From an uncultured delta proteobacterium (GTDB lineage Bacteria > Desulfobacterota > Binatia > UBA9968), in NCBI GenBank assembly GCA_963727625.1, contig CAVSHR010000004.1, positions 64,001 through 128,000 on the forward strand: 64,000 bases of DNA. The letters run 5' to 3'. This document shows, piece by piece, positions 40,844 through 50,341 of the stretch (position 1 is its first letter; the number at the start of each line of letters is the position of its first letter). The position numbers and the translations under genes were made by a program. Under the pieces are notes generated by a model, which worked only from the letters and a program-made list of their open reading frames with translations, was not told where the DNA came from and did not search any database.

Positions 40844-41314
40844 ATGCAATTCACAAAAAAGTTGTTACTGATGCTCTTTGGATTTTCGCTCTCCGGTTGT
40901 TCCTCGTATATTCCGGCCGCGCTAACGCCAAATCATCCGGCCCATCCTGACGCGGCGTTGGGACTGGCAGGACCGCGCTCGATGACGCTCGTCTACGCGG
41001 CGTCGGATTTACCGTCTCAAGCGAAGCCCGTGCGGTCCGTGGACGAGGAACGGACCGAACTCGATGCGCACAGCAGCGCGCAGGGTGCAACGCCAAGACT
41101 CGCGACCGGCGAAGGCAGCGTGATCGCGGTGGTGCCCGGGGCGAGCCAACTGGTGGTCGAGCATGGCGAGATCAAGGGCTTCATGGACGCCATGACTATG
41201 GGTTACCGCGTTGAGCCGAAGCAATTGCTCGATCTCATTAAAGCGGGTGACAAGGTGCGCTTCTCCATCGACGTGGAGAAAAAAACCATCGTCAAGCTGA
41301 AGAAAATTCCCTGA
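40844..41314 (+). CDS. CusF-domain lipoprotein
   Basis: LSGC lipobox, HPAHP, VEHGEIKGFMDAMTMGYRV...GDKVRF. Confidence 0.82.
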   Translation: MQFTKKLLLMLFGFSLSGCSSYIPAALTPNHPAHPDAALGLAGPRSMTLVYAASDLPSQAKPVRSVDEERTELDAHSSAQGATPRLATGEGSVIAVVPGASQLVVEHGEIKGFMDAMTMGYRVEPKQLLDLIKAGDKVRFSIDVEKKTIVKLKKIP

Positions 41315-41343
41315 CGGCGAAAGGTTTTCGCTGGAGCAATCCT

Positions 41344-42762
41344 ATGTCTTGGTTAAGAAACATTACCGGTTTGATTATTTATGCCACGTTCGTGAGCGGA
41401 TGTGCGTCGGTTGATTTATCGGCGGGCTTTCCCGATGTGCGGTCCAATGTTCAACAGCAACTGGGCATGTCGCTTTACTGGAATAACGGCACCAATCTCG
41501 ATCGGGAGGTGGATGAGAAGTTAAAAGCGATCTTGAGAGAAAAATTGACCGCGGAGCGGGCGGTGCAGGTCGCGCTGCTCAACAACCGCGAGTTGCAGGG
41601 CGTGTACGCGGACTTGGGCGTGGCGCAGGCCGATCTGGTGCAGGCCGGCTTATTAAAGAATCCGTTGTTCGATGCGGTTGTAACTTTTCCTGTTGTTGGC
41701 GGCCGGCCGGACTTCGAGCTCACCGCTGCCATGGGCTTTCTTGATGTTTTCTATCTTCCCCTGAGAAAGCGAGTGGCAGAGGGCCGATTCGCCGAAGCCA
41801 AGTCGCGGGTGACCGGAGCAGTGCTCGATCTTGCCGGAAAGGTGCGATCGGCATTTTTCGACCATCTCGCGAATGTGCAGATAATCGAACTTAGTCAGTC
41901 GATCGTCCAAGGTCTGGGGGCGTCGGTCGACATTACCCAAAGATTGCACGAGGCCGGCAACTCTTCCGATCTCGATCACGCCCGTGAAAGACTCCTCTTG
42001 GAGGTTGGGAAGCTGCAGCTCCGCAGGGCCGAGATCCTGAGCCGGCAAAGCCGGGAACAACTGAATGTATTGATGGGACTTTGGGGCGACGAAACTGAAT
42101 GGCAGAGCGATGGGCGATTGCCCGATATTTCTAAAGACGAAATTTCCTTGCAGGAATTCGAACGGATGGCGGTCGAGCGAAGTTTTAATCTCGCTGAGGG
42201 ACGGCAAAGAATTATCGCTGCAGGCGAGCAACTCGGACTCAATCGTGCAACCGCCTTGATTCCTGATCTGGATGCCGGTGCGCGGGGAGAGCGCGGCGAC
42301 GGAGCTTGGGCCGTCGGGCCGGTGCTCCAATTTCCTATTCCGGTATTCGATCAGGGCCAGGCTCGAACCGCCCGTGCCGCGGCGGAGCTACGCCGCGCCG
42401 AGCAGGAATTTTACGCATTGGCCGTGCGTGTGCGGGCGACAGCCAGGATGGTGGCCGATCGCTTAATCGGTGCCCGCGATCGTGTGCTCTATTATCGAGA
42501 CGTGGTGTTACCCTTACAGCAGCAGGTAGTCGATGAGACGCAATTGAATTACAACGCGATGCAGCTCGGCCCGATCGATTGGCTGCGCGCGCGTGAACAA
42601 CAGATCGGAACGGCTGCAAGCTACGTCGAAGCGTTGCGCGACTATTGGCTAGCGCATAGCGACTACCAGCAGTTGTTGATCGGCCGCTTGCCGCAACAGA
42701 GCGCGACGGTGACGACGCCAGTGACGCGGGTTACGGCTGCCGCCGTTGACGTGAACCACTGA
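41344..42762 (+). CDS. TolC-family outer-membrane lipoprotein (copper-resistance associated)
   Basis: VSGC lipobox, AVQVALLNNRELQ, QAGLLKNP, PIPVFDQGQA, YNAMQ. Confidence 0.88.
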   Translation: MSWLRNITGLIIYATFVSGCASVDLSAGFPDVRSNVQQQLGMSLYWNNGTNLDREVDEKLKAILREKLTAERAVQVALLNNRELQGVYADLGVAQADLVQAGLLKNPLFDAVVTFPVVGGRPDFELTAAMGFLDVFYLPLRKRVAEGRFAEAKSRVTGAVLDLAGKVRSAFFDHLANVQIIELSQSIVQGLGASVDITQRLHEAGNSSDLDHARERLLLEVGKLQLRRAEILSRQSREQLNVLMGLWGDETEWQSDGRLPDISKDEISLQEFERMAVERSFNLAEGRQRIIAAGEQLGLNRATALIPDLDAGARGERGDGAWAVGPVLQFPIPVFDQGQARTARAAAELRRAEQEFYALAVRVRATARMVADRLIGARDRVLYYRDVVLPLQQQVVDETQLNYNAMQLGPIDWLRAREQQIGTAASYVEALRDYWLAHSDYQQLLIGRLPQQSATVTTPVTRVTAAAVDVNH

Positions 42763-42779
42763 CGAGGAGAATTGATGAG

Positions 42780-44192
42780 ATGAAGAACAAACTTTCGCGT
42801 CGCCAGATGCTTGGCCTCGGCATCGCCGGTCTCGCTGGTACCGTTGTATTGCCGAAGGGTCACGCCGAAGCGCTAGCCGGAAACGAATACGCGCCGGCTA
42901 ATAATTCACTGAACGAACGGCGCGCTCGCTGGGAAAAAAGTTACAGCGGTGGCAAAACAGACGTAAAACCGTTGCGGCCCGGTTCGGCGGAAACGGATTA
43001 TCAACCGATCGTCGTTCCCAACGGCGGCACGCTGCAGTTCAAGATCATCGACGGCGTGAAAGTCTTTCACCTGATCGCCGAAGAGGTAAACCATGCCTTC
43101 GATGCCGGATTGCGCGCCAGATGCTGGGGTTTTAATGGCCGGGTCAATGCAACGGTGTTGGAGGCGGTGGAGGGTGAGCGCGTGCGGATTTACGTGACCA
43201 ATCGCTTGCCGGTTTCGACCTCCGTCCATTGGCATGGCATCTATCTGCCCAACGGCATGGACGGGGTCGGCGGTTTGACCCAGCCCTATATCAAGCCGGG
43301 CGAAACGGTGAAATACGAATGGACGCTGCGCCAGCACGGCACACTGATGTACCATTCCCATCACGATGAGATGACGCAGATGGGCATGGGCATGATCGGC
43401 ATGTTCATCGTCCACCCGAGAAAACCGGCTCCCGAGTATCGCGTCGACCGGGATTTTGCTCTGCTCCTGAGCGAGTGGGTCATCGAGGCTGGCACGGCGC
43501 GGCCCAACACGCTTAAAATGAACGATGCCAACGTGCTGACGATCAACGGCAAGGTGTTTCCGTCGACGGCGGCGCTGGTCTGCAAGACCGGCGACAGGGT
43601 GCGGCTCCGAGTCGGCAACCTGAGCGCCATGAGCCATCACCCCTTGCACATCCACGGCTATCATTTTCGCATCACCGCCACCGACGGCGAAGATATTCCC
43701 TTGAGCGCGCAGTGGCCCGAGGTGACGGCGCTGATCGGTGTGGGCCAAACGCGCAATCTCGAATTCATCGCGGACGCGCCCGGCGACTGGGCGATCCACT
43801 GCCACATGACGCACCATGTGATGAACCAGATGGGGCACCAGTTTCCCAATTTGGTCGGCATGAACGCCGATGGTCTGGAAGAAAAATTGCGTCCGCTCTT
43901 GCCGGCCTACATGACCATGGGGAACACGGGCATGGATATGGGCAAAATGACGGAGGTGATGCCGTATCCCCGCAATACCATATCGATGAAGGGGGCCACA
44001 GGTCCGTTCGGCGATTACATTTCCATGGGTGGGATGATGACAGTGATCAAAGTGCGTGACCGTTTGAAAAGTTACGACGAGGATCCGGGCTGGTACCAAC
44101 ATCCGCCGGGAACTCTGGCGCTCAAAGCTACTGAGGCGGATCTGGCGCGTGACGGAATTGCGCTTTTCACCGGAGCGGCGGGTTCCCTATAG
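42780..44192 (+). CDS. Tat-exported two-domain multicopper oxidase with Met-rich segments
   Basis: SRRQML; HWHG, MYHSH, HPLHIHG, HCHMTHHVMNQM. Confidence 0.92.
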   Translation: MKNKLSRRQMLGLGIAGLAGTVVLPKGHAEALAGNEYAPANNSLNERRARWEKSYSGGKTDVKPLRPGSAETDYQPIVVPNGGTLQFKIIDGVKVFHLIAEEVNHAFDAGLRARCWGFNGRVNATVLEAVEGERVRIYVTNRLPVSTSVHWHGIYLPNGMDGVGGLTQPYIKPGETVKYEWTLRQHGTLMYHSHHDEMTQMGMGMIGMFIVHPRKPAPEYRVDRDFALLLSEWVIEAGTARPNTLKMNDANVLTINGKVFPSTAALVCKTGDRVRLRVGNLSAMSHHPLHIHGYHFRITATDGEDIPLSAQWPEVTALIGVGQTRNLEFIADAPGDWAIHCHMTHHVMNQMGHQFPNLVGMNADGLEEKLRPLLPAYMTMGNTGMDMGKMTEVMPYPRNTISMKGATGPFGDYISMGGMMTVIKVRDRLKSYDEDPGWYQHPPGTLALKATEADLARDGIALFTGAAGSL

Positions 44193-44709
44193 CTAATCGG
44201 AATCAAGGGCACGTGCAACTCTATCATCGTCGGTGGCGCTGAAGCTAATTTTCTTGGAATTGAAAATTTAGATGCTTGGCGTTGTCAATCTTGAGAAGGA
44301 AGACGCAAGGAGATCCGGTGACTGTCTAGCATTATCCTGGCCTTCTGACCGTGGCGGGTATCTTGCTTACTCCATTTGTTATCAATGAGCGCGCCTAGCA
44401 TGACAGTTCGATGTCTAAAATCCTGTGGATCGGTTTGCTTGGCTAGTGTTACTCACCTATTCAAGCATAGCATGGGCCTTTGGCGGCTGTCGCGAGGACG
44501 GTGAGGAGCTTGCTAGCGAGCAATTGGCCAGCGGCGATTTCGCAAACGCGAGTCCGATCAACCTTGTTGCGCGTTCTGTTGATGAACCGGTCGGCAGGGT
44601 GCATTGCGTTGCAACTTATTACGCGTTTGACGCGATCGCACAATATTCTTCGATTGGGTTTTTGAAACAGCCCCTCAGCGGTATCCAGTTAACGTCTTTC
44701 ATTTCAAAC
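43941..44709 (+). repeat. Diverged direct repeat, copy A (oxidase 3' end, intergenic region, 5' part of leader ORF 2)
   Basis: Collinear with 56460-57233; includes an identical stretch gaccgtttgaaaagttacgacgaggatccgggctggtaccaacatccgccgggaac. Confidence 0.9.
44352..44367 (+). promoter_or_regulatory. Possible sigma54 promoter upstream of leader ORF 2
   Basis: TGGC-N7-TTGCT; GG/GC spacing also kept in copy B (56869-56884) although the spacer differs. Confidence 0.4.
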
Positions 44710-44832
44710 AAATCCACATCAGCGGGTGGAGTTGAAATGTTCGGTGGACATTCCCCGCGTGGTTGGCTTGCTAGGTCTTCGCCGCCGAGTCTTCTATCTC
44801 GTCATCTTCTGCTCGCCGTTTGGCTAATCTGA
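44425..44832 (+). CDS. Leader-like ORF 2 (start uncertain)
   Basis: AWAFGGCR, GRVHC, C-terminal RSSPP...SRHLLLAVWLI; followed by hairpin CGATGCCT..AGGCATCG at 44851-44875. Confidence 0.6.
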   Translation: MDRFAWLVLLTYSSIAWAFGGCREDGEELASEQLASGDFANASPINLVARSVDEPVGRVHCVATYYAFDAIAQYSSIGFLKQPLSGIQLTSFISNKSTSAGGVEMFGGHSPRGWLARSSPPSLLSRHLLLAVWLI

Positions 44833-44991
44833 CGCTCCTCCTGTCTTTTGCGATGCCTGGTTTACCGAGGCATCGGTCGGTAATACATTTTCGTGGGATT
44901 GAAGCAGTTTTCTTTTCTTCGTGAAAAATTTATGAAGCCGATTCCCATACAAACCGTCCGGCGAGGTCTGACAATAAGGAGCAAAAAGAGC

Positions 44992-45402
44992 ATGAAACCA
45001 CTAAAATTATTTCTCATGGCATTTCTCCTAGTAGGTTTCGTGGGATGGGGAGAAAGTTACGCAGTAGGTGCCTCGGATGCGACGCAAACGGTTTCAGGTG
45101 GAGGAGTGACGGTGGCCGTGACCTACATGAACCCGCGCAGCCATGAGAGTCCCCAGTTCCAAGTGACGCTTAACACCCACTCGGTTACTTTAGACAGCTA
45201 TGATCTTAAGACCATAGCGTTACTGCGCGATGGCGCAGGAAAAACTTACGCACCGATAAAGTTCGAGAACAAAGGCGCTGGCCATCACCGCCAGGTCGCA
45301 TTGACGTTTCCAAAAATATCCGAAGGAGCGAAGCGGGTCGAAGTCATTATTAAAGACGTCGCAGGAGTCAAGGAAAGAACATTTCGCTGGAACATTCAGT
45401 AA
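44992..45402 (+). CDS. Exported hypothetical protein (NTHSVTLD, GAGHHR motifs)
   Basis: SD AAGGAG, signal peptide, beta-rich sequence with His motifs. Confidence 0.72.
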   Translation: MKPLKLFLMAFLLVGFVGWGESYAVGASDATQTVSGGGVTVAVTYMNPRSHESPQFQVTLNTHSVTLDSYDLKTIALLRDGAGKTYAPIKFENKGAGHHRQVALTFPKISEGAKRVEVIIKDVAGVKERTFRWNIQ

Positions 45403-45449
45403 ATTAGATACCGGATTGGGGGCGAACGCGATGAATTCGGAGGTCGGTC

Positions 45450-45602
45450 ATGGGAGAGTTCTTACAAAGCAATTGGTTTTGGATCGTCCTGGTGGTTTTT
45501 TTTATCTGGATGCACGCCTCGGGGTATGGCTGCGGAGGGCATGGCGGGCATAGAAACCATGGTGATCGAATCCAGAAGCCTGATGAGGATCAGCCTCGGT
45601 AG
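45450..45602 (+). CDS. Small membrane protein with MH..GCGGHGGH tail (DUF2933-like); absent from the ORF track
   Basis: SD GGAGG; MGEFLQSNWFWIVLVVFFIWMHASGYGCGGHGGHRNHG... Confidence 0.7.
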   Translation: MGEFLQSNWFWIVLVVFFIWMHASGYGCGGHGGHRNHGDRIQKPDEDQPR

Positions 45603-45678
45603 AGAGCGGACCTTGAGAGCCCCACCTGAGGCTCATGTCGCCGTGGATTTGGCATCCTAAGCGGCGAGAAAGAACGCG

Positions 45679-46014
45679 ATGTGTCACATATTTCTAGTAC
45701 TTCCGATTATCGCACTACCAGTGTTCTGGTTCTTGCCTTGGCAGCAAGCGGTGCTCCTTTATGCCGCCGTCTGCCTCGTATCTGGGGGTTTCTATTGGCT
45801 GATGTGGGGAACCATGAGCCGGCCTGCAGCCACGGGTATTGAGGGAATGATCGGCGGAATCGGAACGGTATTTCGCTACGCTGAAGGTAAGACGAAAGTG
45901 TTTTACCGGGGCGAGATTTGGGATGCTGTGAGTAAAGACCGGATGTCTCCGGACGAACGAGTCGAGATCATTGGGGTCGACAGGATGAAACTGGTCGTGC
46001 GCCATCGGGCTTGA
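45679..46014 (+). CDS. NfeD-like membrane protein
   Basis: Two TM segments, TGIEGMIG, YRGEIWDA, VEIIGVD.MKLVV. Confidence 0.8.
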   Translation: MCHIFLVLPIIALPVFWFLPWQQAVLLYAAVCLVSGGFYWLMWGTMSRPAATGIEGMIGGIGTVFRYAEGKTKVFYRGEIWDAVSKDRMSPDERVEIIGVDRMKLVVRHRA

Positions 46015-46021
46015 TCGGCCG

Positions 46022-46447
46022 TTGGGGGTTTTAAACGTGGGAGTATCTAGGCAGATTGCGCTGGTTGGTGGAGCCATTCTCACAGTGGTCGGTATCATTG
46101 CCGGCGGCCGCTATCTGACTCAGGAAGGCGCCGATCAGCAAAGAACGGTTATCGTTCCGAAGCTTTCTCCGGAAGCGACAATAGGAGAGGCGGTTTTCGT
46201 AGCTAACTGTGGCGGCTGTCACGGCAAGGATGCGGCCGGGACCGACAAAGGACCGACCCTGGTCAAGCAAATTTACAGCCCTTCGCACCACAGTGATTTT
46301 TCCTTCGTGCGCGCGGTCACTGTGGGGGCGCCGCAGCATCATTGGTTATTTGGAACGATGCCGGCACAGCCCCAGGTAACACGGGAGCAAATAGATCAGA
46401 TCGTGTTTTATATCCGGGAGCTTCAGCAGGCCAAGGGGATAAGCTGA
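46022..46447 (+). CDS. Membrane-anchored monoheme cytochrome c (start uncertain)
   Basis: CGGCHG, GPTL, HHWLFGTMP. Confidence 0.85.
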   Translation: MGVLNVGVSRQIALVGGAILTVVGIIAGGRYLTQEGADQQRTVIVPKLSPEATIGEAVFVANCGGCHGKDAAGTDKGPTLVKQIYSPSHHSDFSFVRAVTVGAPQHHWLFGTMPAQPQVTREQIDQIVFYIRELQQAKGIS

Positions 46448-46630
46448 GATTATGCTGAACAATCGCATTCTGACGGGGTCAATGGCGACATTTACCACAT
46501 GACCCACACCAATGGAGCTACAGCCGACAAAGAACTAAATCAATAAGGCGTTCATGATTCATCTTGGTCACAATGGCAATGGTGACTGCGGCAGATGCAC
46601 GATTTGTTTGTCGACGAGGCAAGGGAAAAA

Positions 46631-47086
46631 ATGAGCCGAGCTAGGATTGTTTGGAGATCCATTCTTTACGGCTTTGTCGCAACGGCGGCACTTCTGGGAG
46701 TCTACTTTGTGATTCTTGCCGCGCTTTCCGGTTGGGATTTCACCGTCAGTCAGTTTTTCGAGTTTTGGTATTTCATCGTTTCTTTGGCGGTGGGCTTCGG
46801 TGTGCAGATTGGGCTTTACAGTTATCTACGCAACGCTGTCCGGAGCATGGACATGTCCGGAAAAGTGGTTGCCGTGTCGGGGACGACTTCCACCGCAGCC
46901 ATGATTTCGTGCTGCGCACATTACCTGACCAACATCCTTCCGGTGGTCGGCGCCGCCGGCGCGGTCGCGCTGGTGGCTCAATACCAGATCGAATTCTTTT
47001 GGTTTGGATTAGCGTGCAATCTGGCTGGAATTATTTACATGACCACAAGGGTAGCCAAATTTTCCCGCGCTCATGCCATGAAATGA
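46631..47086 (+). CDS. Membrane protein with MISCCAH motif
   Basis: About four TM segments; SCCAH is a plausible metal-binding site. Confidence 0.72.
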   Translation: MSRARIVWRSILYGFVATAALLGVYFVILAALSGWDFTVSQFFEFWYFIVSLAVGFGVQIGLYSYLRNAVRSMDMSGKVVAVSGTTSTAAMISCCAHYLTNILPVVGAAGAVALVAQYQIEFFWFGLACNLAGIIYMTTRVAKFSRAHAMK

Positions 47087-47231
47087 CCGAGCAATGAAAG
47101 CGCCGATGAACTTAACAACTGCGGTTAAAATATTTTTGAGAACCGACGGCATGGGGGCGAAAAACGATTCAGCTCATCGGGGTATTAATCTGAGGGAAAT
47201 TTACGGGTTGGATCTGGTCGCCGGCGCTGCC

Positions 47232-47495
47232 ATGGATGGATTGTGGGGAGGTTTATATGACTGCGGTTACGGATCGCACCCGACGATGTGGGGTGCTTGA
47301 GGATTTGCCATGATGCTGATGATGATTCTGTTTTGGGGTCTGATTATTGTTGCGGTTGTCTTGGGCGTTCGCTGGTTCGTCGGACAGGGAAAGGAGTCGC
47401 CATCGGACTCGCCCCTCGATATCCTGCGCCAACGCTACGCGCGCGGCGAGATGAATAAGGAAGAGTTCGAATCAAGAAAGCAAGATCTAAGCTAG
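47232..47495 (+). pseudogene. SHOCT-domain membrane protein interrupted by TGA at 47298 (or restarted at 47310)
   Basis: MWGA*GFAMMLMMILFWG...LDILRQRYARGEMNKEEFE. Confidence 0.6.
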
Positions 47496-47518
47496 TGTTG
47501 AATGGCAAACATAGCGGA

Positions 47519-48415
47519 ATGAATCTCTCATGGATCCTGGGTGCCGCGGTGCTGCTGGCTCTAGCGTCCGCGAACGTGCCCGCGCAGGAAAGTCCGGGAA
47601 CGGGGAGAATGATGGAAGACCAGGATGTCGCAGGCATGCCGATGGGTCGCGCGCTTGCACCGACACCCTTTTATCGAGAACGGACCTTTCTTGTTTTGCT
47701 CGGCGTGGGCATCGGGGGAGTTGGAATTTTCGCATATCGTGTCGGTGGCTCTCGCTGGCGCTGGAAAAAAGCGCCTGCAAGTTCCGTAAGCGAAGCGGTT
47801 CTGGTCGTGGATTTAGTAGGTTCCACTCATCTTGCGACTCATTACGGCGAAGGATTGGCTTTGCGTGCCGCAGAGGTTTTGCAAGAGCGCACTTTAGCGT
47901 TGGCGGAAAGCCGCAGACTGCTTTTCGCAAAAAATACCGGCGACGGTTGCTTTATGACTTTCCCCAATGTTTTGGATGCGTGCGAGACGGCGATCGCGTT
48001 GTTGAGAGATGTTATTGATCGGCCGCCGGATCTTTCGCCGGTACCAAGCATCGAGCTGCGCGCGGGGATCAGCTACGGCGAGATTTTCATGGATTCGGGA
48101 AATGATCGTCATGCCTCGGCCATCAATAAGGCATTTCGCCTTGAAGGGCTGTCGCGTGAGAGCTTTGCCCAGGTGGAAGGCGAGAACAGCATGGTGACCG
48201 AAATCGCCGAACGTAATCGGATCTTCCTCGATGAAGAGGCGGCTCAAGAGTTACAGACCGGGGGAAGTGCCAAGATTCCTTTACGTTTTCTGGGTTTTGC
48301 ACGATTAAAGGGGTTTTCTGGATTGCACCGCGTGTACGAGGTGCCCTGGACGTCGTCGGTTCTAGAGCCTCACGAGCGTGCAGACGACGGGGGCGGCGAA
48401 ACGAGACACCGATGA
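47519..48415 (+). CDS. Class III adenylate/guanylate cyclase with signal peptide, short Met-rich ectodomain and one TM
   Basis: VDLVGST, KNTGDG, LRAGISYGE, D..., INKAFRLE, LKGF. Confidence 0.85.
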   Translation: MNLSWILGAAVLLALASANVPAQESPGTGRMMEDQDVAGMPMGRALAPTPFYRERTFLVLLGVGIGGVGIFAYRVGGSRWRWKKAPASSVSEAVLVVDLVGSTHLATHYGEGLALRAAEVLQERTLALAESRRLLFAKNTGDGCFMTFPNVLDACETAIALLRDVIDRPPDLSPVPSIELRAGISYGEIFMDSGNDRHASAINKAFRLEGLSRESFAQVEGENSMVTEIAERNRIFLDEEAAQELQTGGSAKIPLRFLGFARLKGFSGLHRVYEVPWTSSVLEPHERADDGGGETRHR

Positions 48416-48517
48416 AACTTACAATCGGACTCATCCCTCGAGATTCTGCCCCAACGATATGCGCGCGGCGAGATGAGCAGGGATAAGTTCGCAGCGAAGA
48501 GGCGAGATCTGCTGTAG
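48416..48517 (+). pseudogene. SHOCT-domain remnant in frame with the cyclase after its TGA
   Basis: NLQSDSSLEILPQRYARGEMSRDKFAAKRRDLL*. Confidence 0.6.
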
Positions 48518-48545
48518 TGTTTTTGGCTGAACCGAGGCGAACCCT

Positions 48546-48671
48546 ATGCTTTACGTTACTGAGACAACTAAGGATTTCGATACGGCGGTGAAAGATCTGG
48601 AAGAGGGCGTGAAGAGACATAAGTACGGCGTCTTGTCGTGTCCCACCAGATTCGGAACACGGGATAAGTGA
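48546..48671 (+). pseudogene. Truncated DUF302-like gene
   Basis: MLYVTETTKDFDTAVKDLEEGVKRHKYGVL then loss of similarity and an early stop. Confidence 0.5.
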
Positions 48672-48919
48672 GAGTAAAATGGCCATAGATAGGCGGGGAA
48701 GACCTGCCAGGAGGACGAGATGGCCAAATGCATGCGGGAGGTGAATTGATGCTTCCACAAGTCGCGGTCGGACGCCGATGTGTTGCAGACGAAATCACTA
48801 TTGATCGCTCGCTCCCTGGAAACGGTCCGATGAAGTAGATTGCAGTCCAATTTTGAGGAAGCCGACGTGACAATCTTTGCTTGTAAGTTTGGGTTTCGAA
48901 GCGGCGATAGGAGAGAGAA

Positions 48920-49582
48920 ATGGACGAGGGAGCCGACATAGGTTTCTGGGAACTTTCGATCATCATGGTCGTGATCGCGTCCTGGATTCTTTACCGCTAT
49001 GTCGCCCCCAAGGGGTGGAGAGAGTGGACAAGAGCTGGTCTGGTCCAGGCTTTCATCATCGCTTTATATGCGGAAATGTACGGATTTCCACTGACGATTT
49101 ATTTGTTGACGGGTTGGTTGGGGATAAAAATCCCGTGGGCGCACGATAGCGGCCATCTCTGGGCGTATCTCTTCGGCTGGGGACCTCTGGGCGTGATGGT
49201 AGAAATGCTCGTGGGATACACCTTCGTCTTTGCCGGGGTCTCGCTGCTCGCTGAGGGCTGGAGGGAAGTTTACTTTGCAACCAAAGAAGGACGGCTGGCC
49301 ACGGACAAGCTTTACGGTGTCGTCCGGCATCCTCAATATACGGGCATCTTTCTCGCGATCTTCGGCCAATTGATTCACTGGCCGACGATTCCGACGGTGG
49401 TTTTGTTTCCCATCATCGTGTGGGCTTACTACCGGCTCTCGAAAAAAGAAGAGCAACAGATGGTGCAAAAATACGGAGCGGCTTATGAGGCGTACCAACG
49501 TCGCGTGCCTATGTTCATTCCCAGGCAGGGCGAGTGGAAAAAGCTGATGTCGGCCGGGCAATTTAGGGAGAGCGAGCGATGA
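48920..49582 (+). CDS. Isoprenylcysteine carboxyl methyltransferase-family membrane protein
   Basis: ALYAEMYGFPLTIY, VRHPQYTG, EE...Y..Y.RRVPMFIP. Confidence 0.87.
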   Translation: MDEGADIGFWELSIIMVVIASWILYRYVAPKGWREWTRAGLVQAFIIALYAEMYGFPLTIYLLTGWLGIKIPWAHDSGHLWAYLFGWGPLGVMVEMLVGYTFVFAGVSLLAEGWREVYFATKEGRLATDKLYGVVRHPQYTGIFLAIFGQLIHWPTIPTVVLFPIIVWAYYRLSKKEEQQMVQKYGAAYEAYQRRVPMFIPRQGEWKKLMSAGQFRESER

Positions 49583-49703
49583 AGAACCGAATGGTGAAGG
49601 AGGCCAGGCAAGGGATTGTCCGTGCTGGTTAAGGAACAAGGAAGCTATCCGTCGATCCGATGAGCGGCGGCATGATCAGATGACCGGCTGTCAGGAGAAC
49701 GTT

Positions 49704-50324
49704 ATGGCACGAAAGAATCGAGAGCGTAATCAGTCAAAGAGGCAGGGAACAGATCGAAAGCGGAGGTCACGAGCGCCAGTGCGATTCCTACTCGGGAGTG
49801 TCATTGCGATAGGAGTCGTCGCGGGTTTGGTCTTCGGCTACGGCTGGGGTCCGGCAACCAGCGTGTCCGAACAGCAAAGTGCGGCCCAGGATGACAATCC
49901 TGTACCTCTTTCCACCCGCGGGAAAACTATCTCCGGATGGCATGATATGACGGCCCAGCCCTCGTACACTTATAGAACCCCGCCGCCCAAAGGCACACCT
50001 CAGCCCGACGTAACCGTGACCCCGGCCAACCGCGATCTGACTTCTGTGGGAAGTAAAGATGTGATCAATTTAAGTTACGCGGTGATCAATCAGGGCAATC
50101 AGGACCTGGTTGTTGACAGCATGGTTACCTCCTGCGGTTGCACTACGGCGGAGCTGAGCAACAACATTATTCCGCCGGGAACCAGGGCGGATCTCAAAGT
50201 GCGGTTTGACGTGGGATTCCACAAGATGGAGCAAGGTGAGCGAGTCGTGCGAATCGTGTGGATGAGGACAAATGACCCCGATACTCCGATTGCTATAGCA
50301 CGCCTGACGGCAACGATTCGATAA
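49704..50324 (+). CDS. Membrane-anchored DUF1573-domain protein
   Basis: TM segment, NQGNQDL, TSCGCT, IPPG, TNDP. Confidence 0.8.
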   Translation: MARKNRERNQSKRQGTDRKRRSRAPVRFLLGSVIAIGVVAGLVFGYGWGPATSVSEQQSAAQDDNPVPLSTRGKTISGWHDMTAQPSYTYRTPPPKGTPQPDVTVTPANRDLTSVGSKDVINLSYAVINQGNQDLVVDSMVTSCGCTTAELSNNIIPPGTRADLKVRFDVGFHKMEQGERVVRIVWMRTNDPDTPIAIARLTATIR

Positions 50325-50341
50325 CGGGGATAGAGACCAAA

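Noticed and set aside
47298-47300. TGA as a third selenocysteine codon
   Set aside because: The context suggests Trp (TGG to TGA), there is no redox motif and no downstream hairpin.
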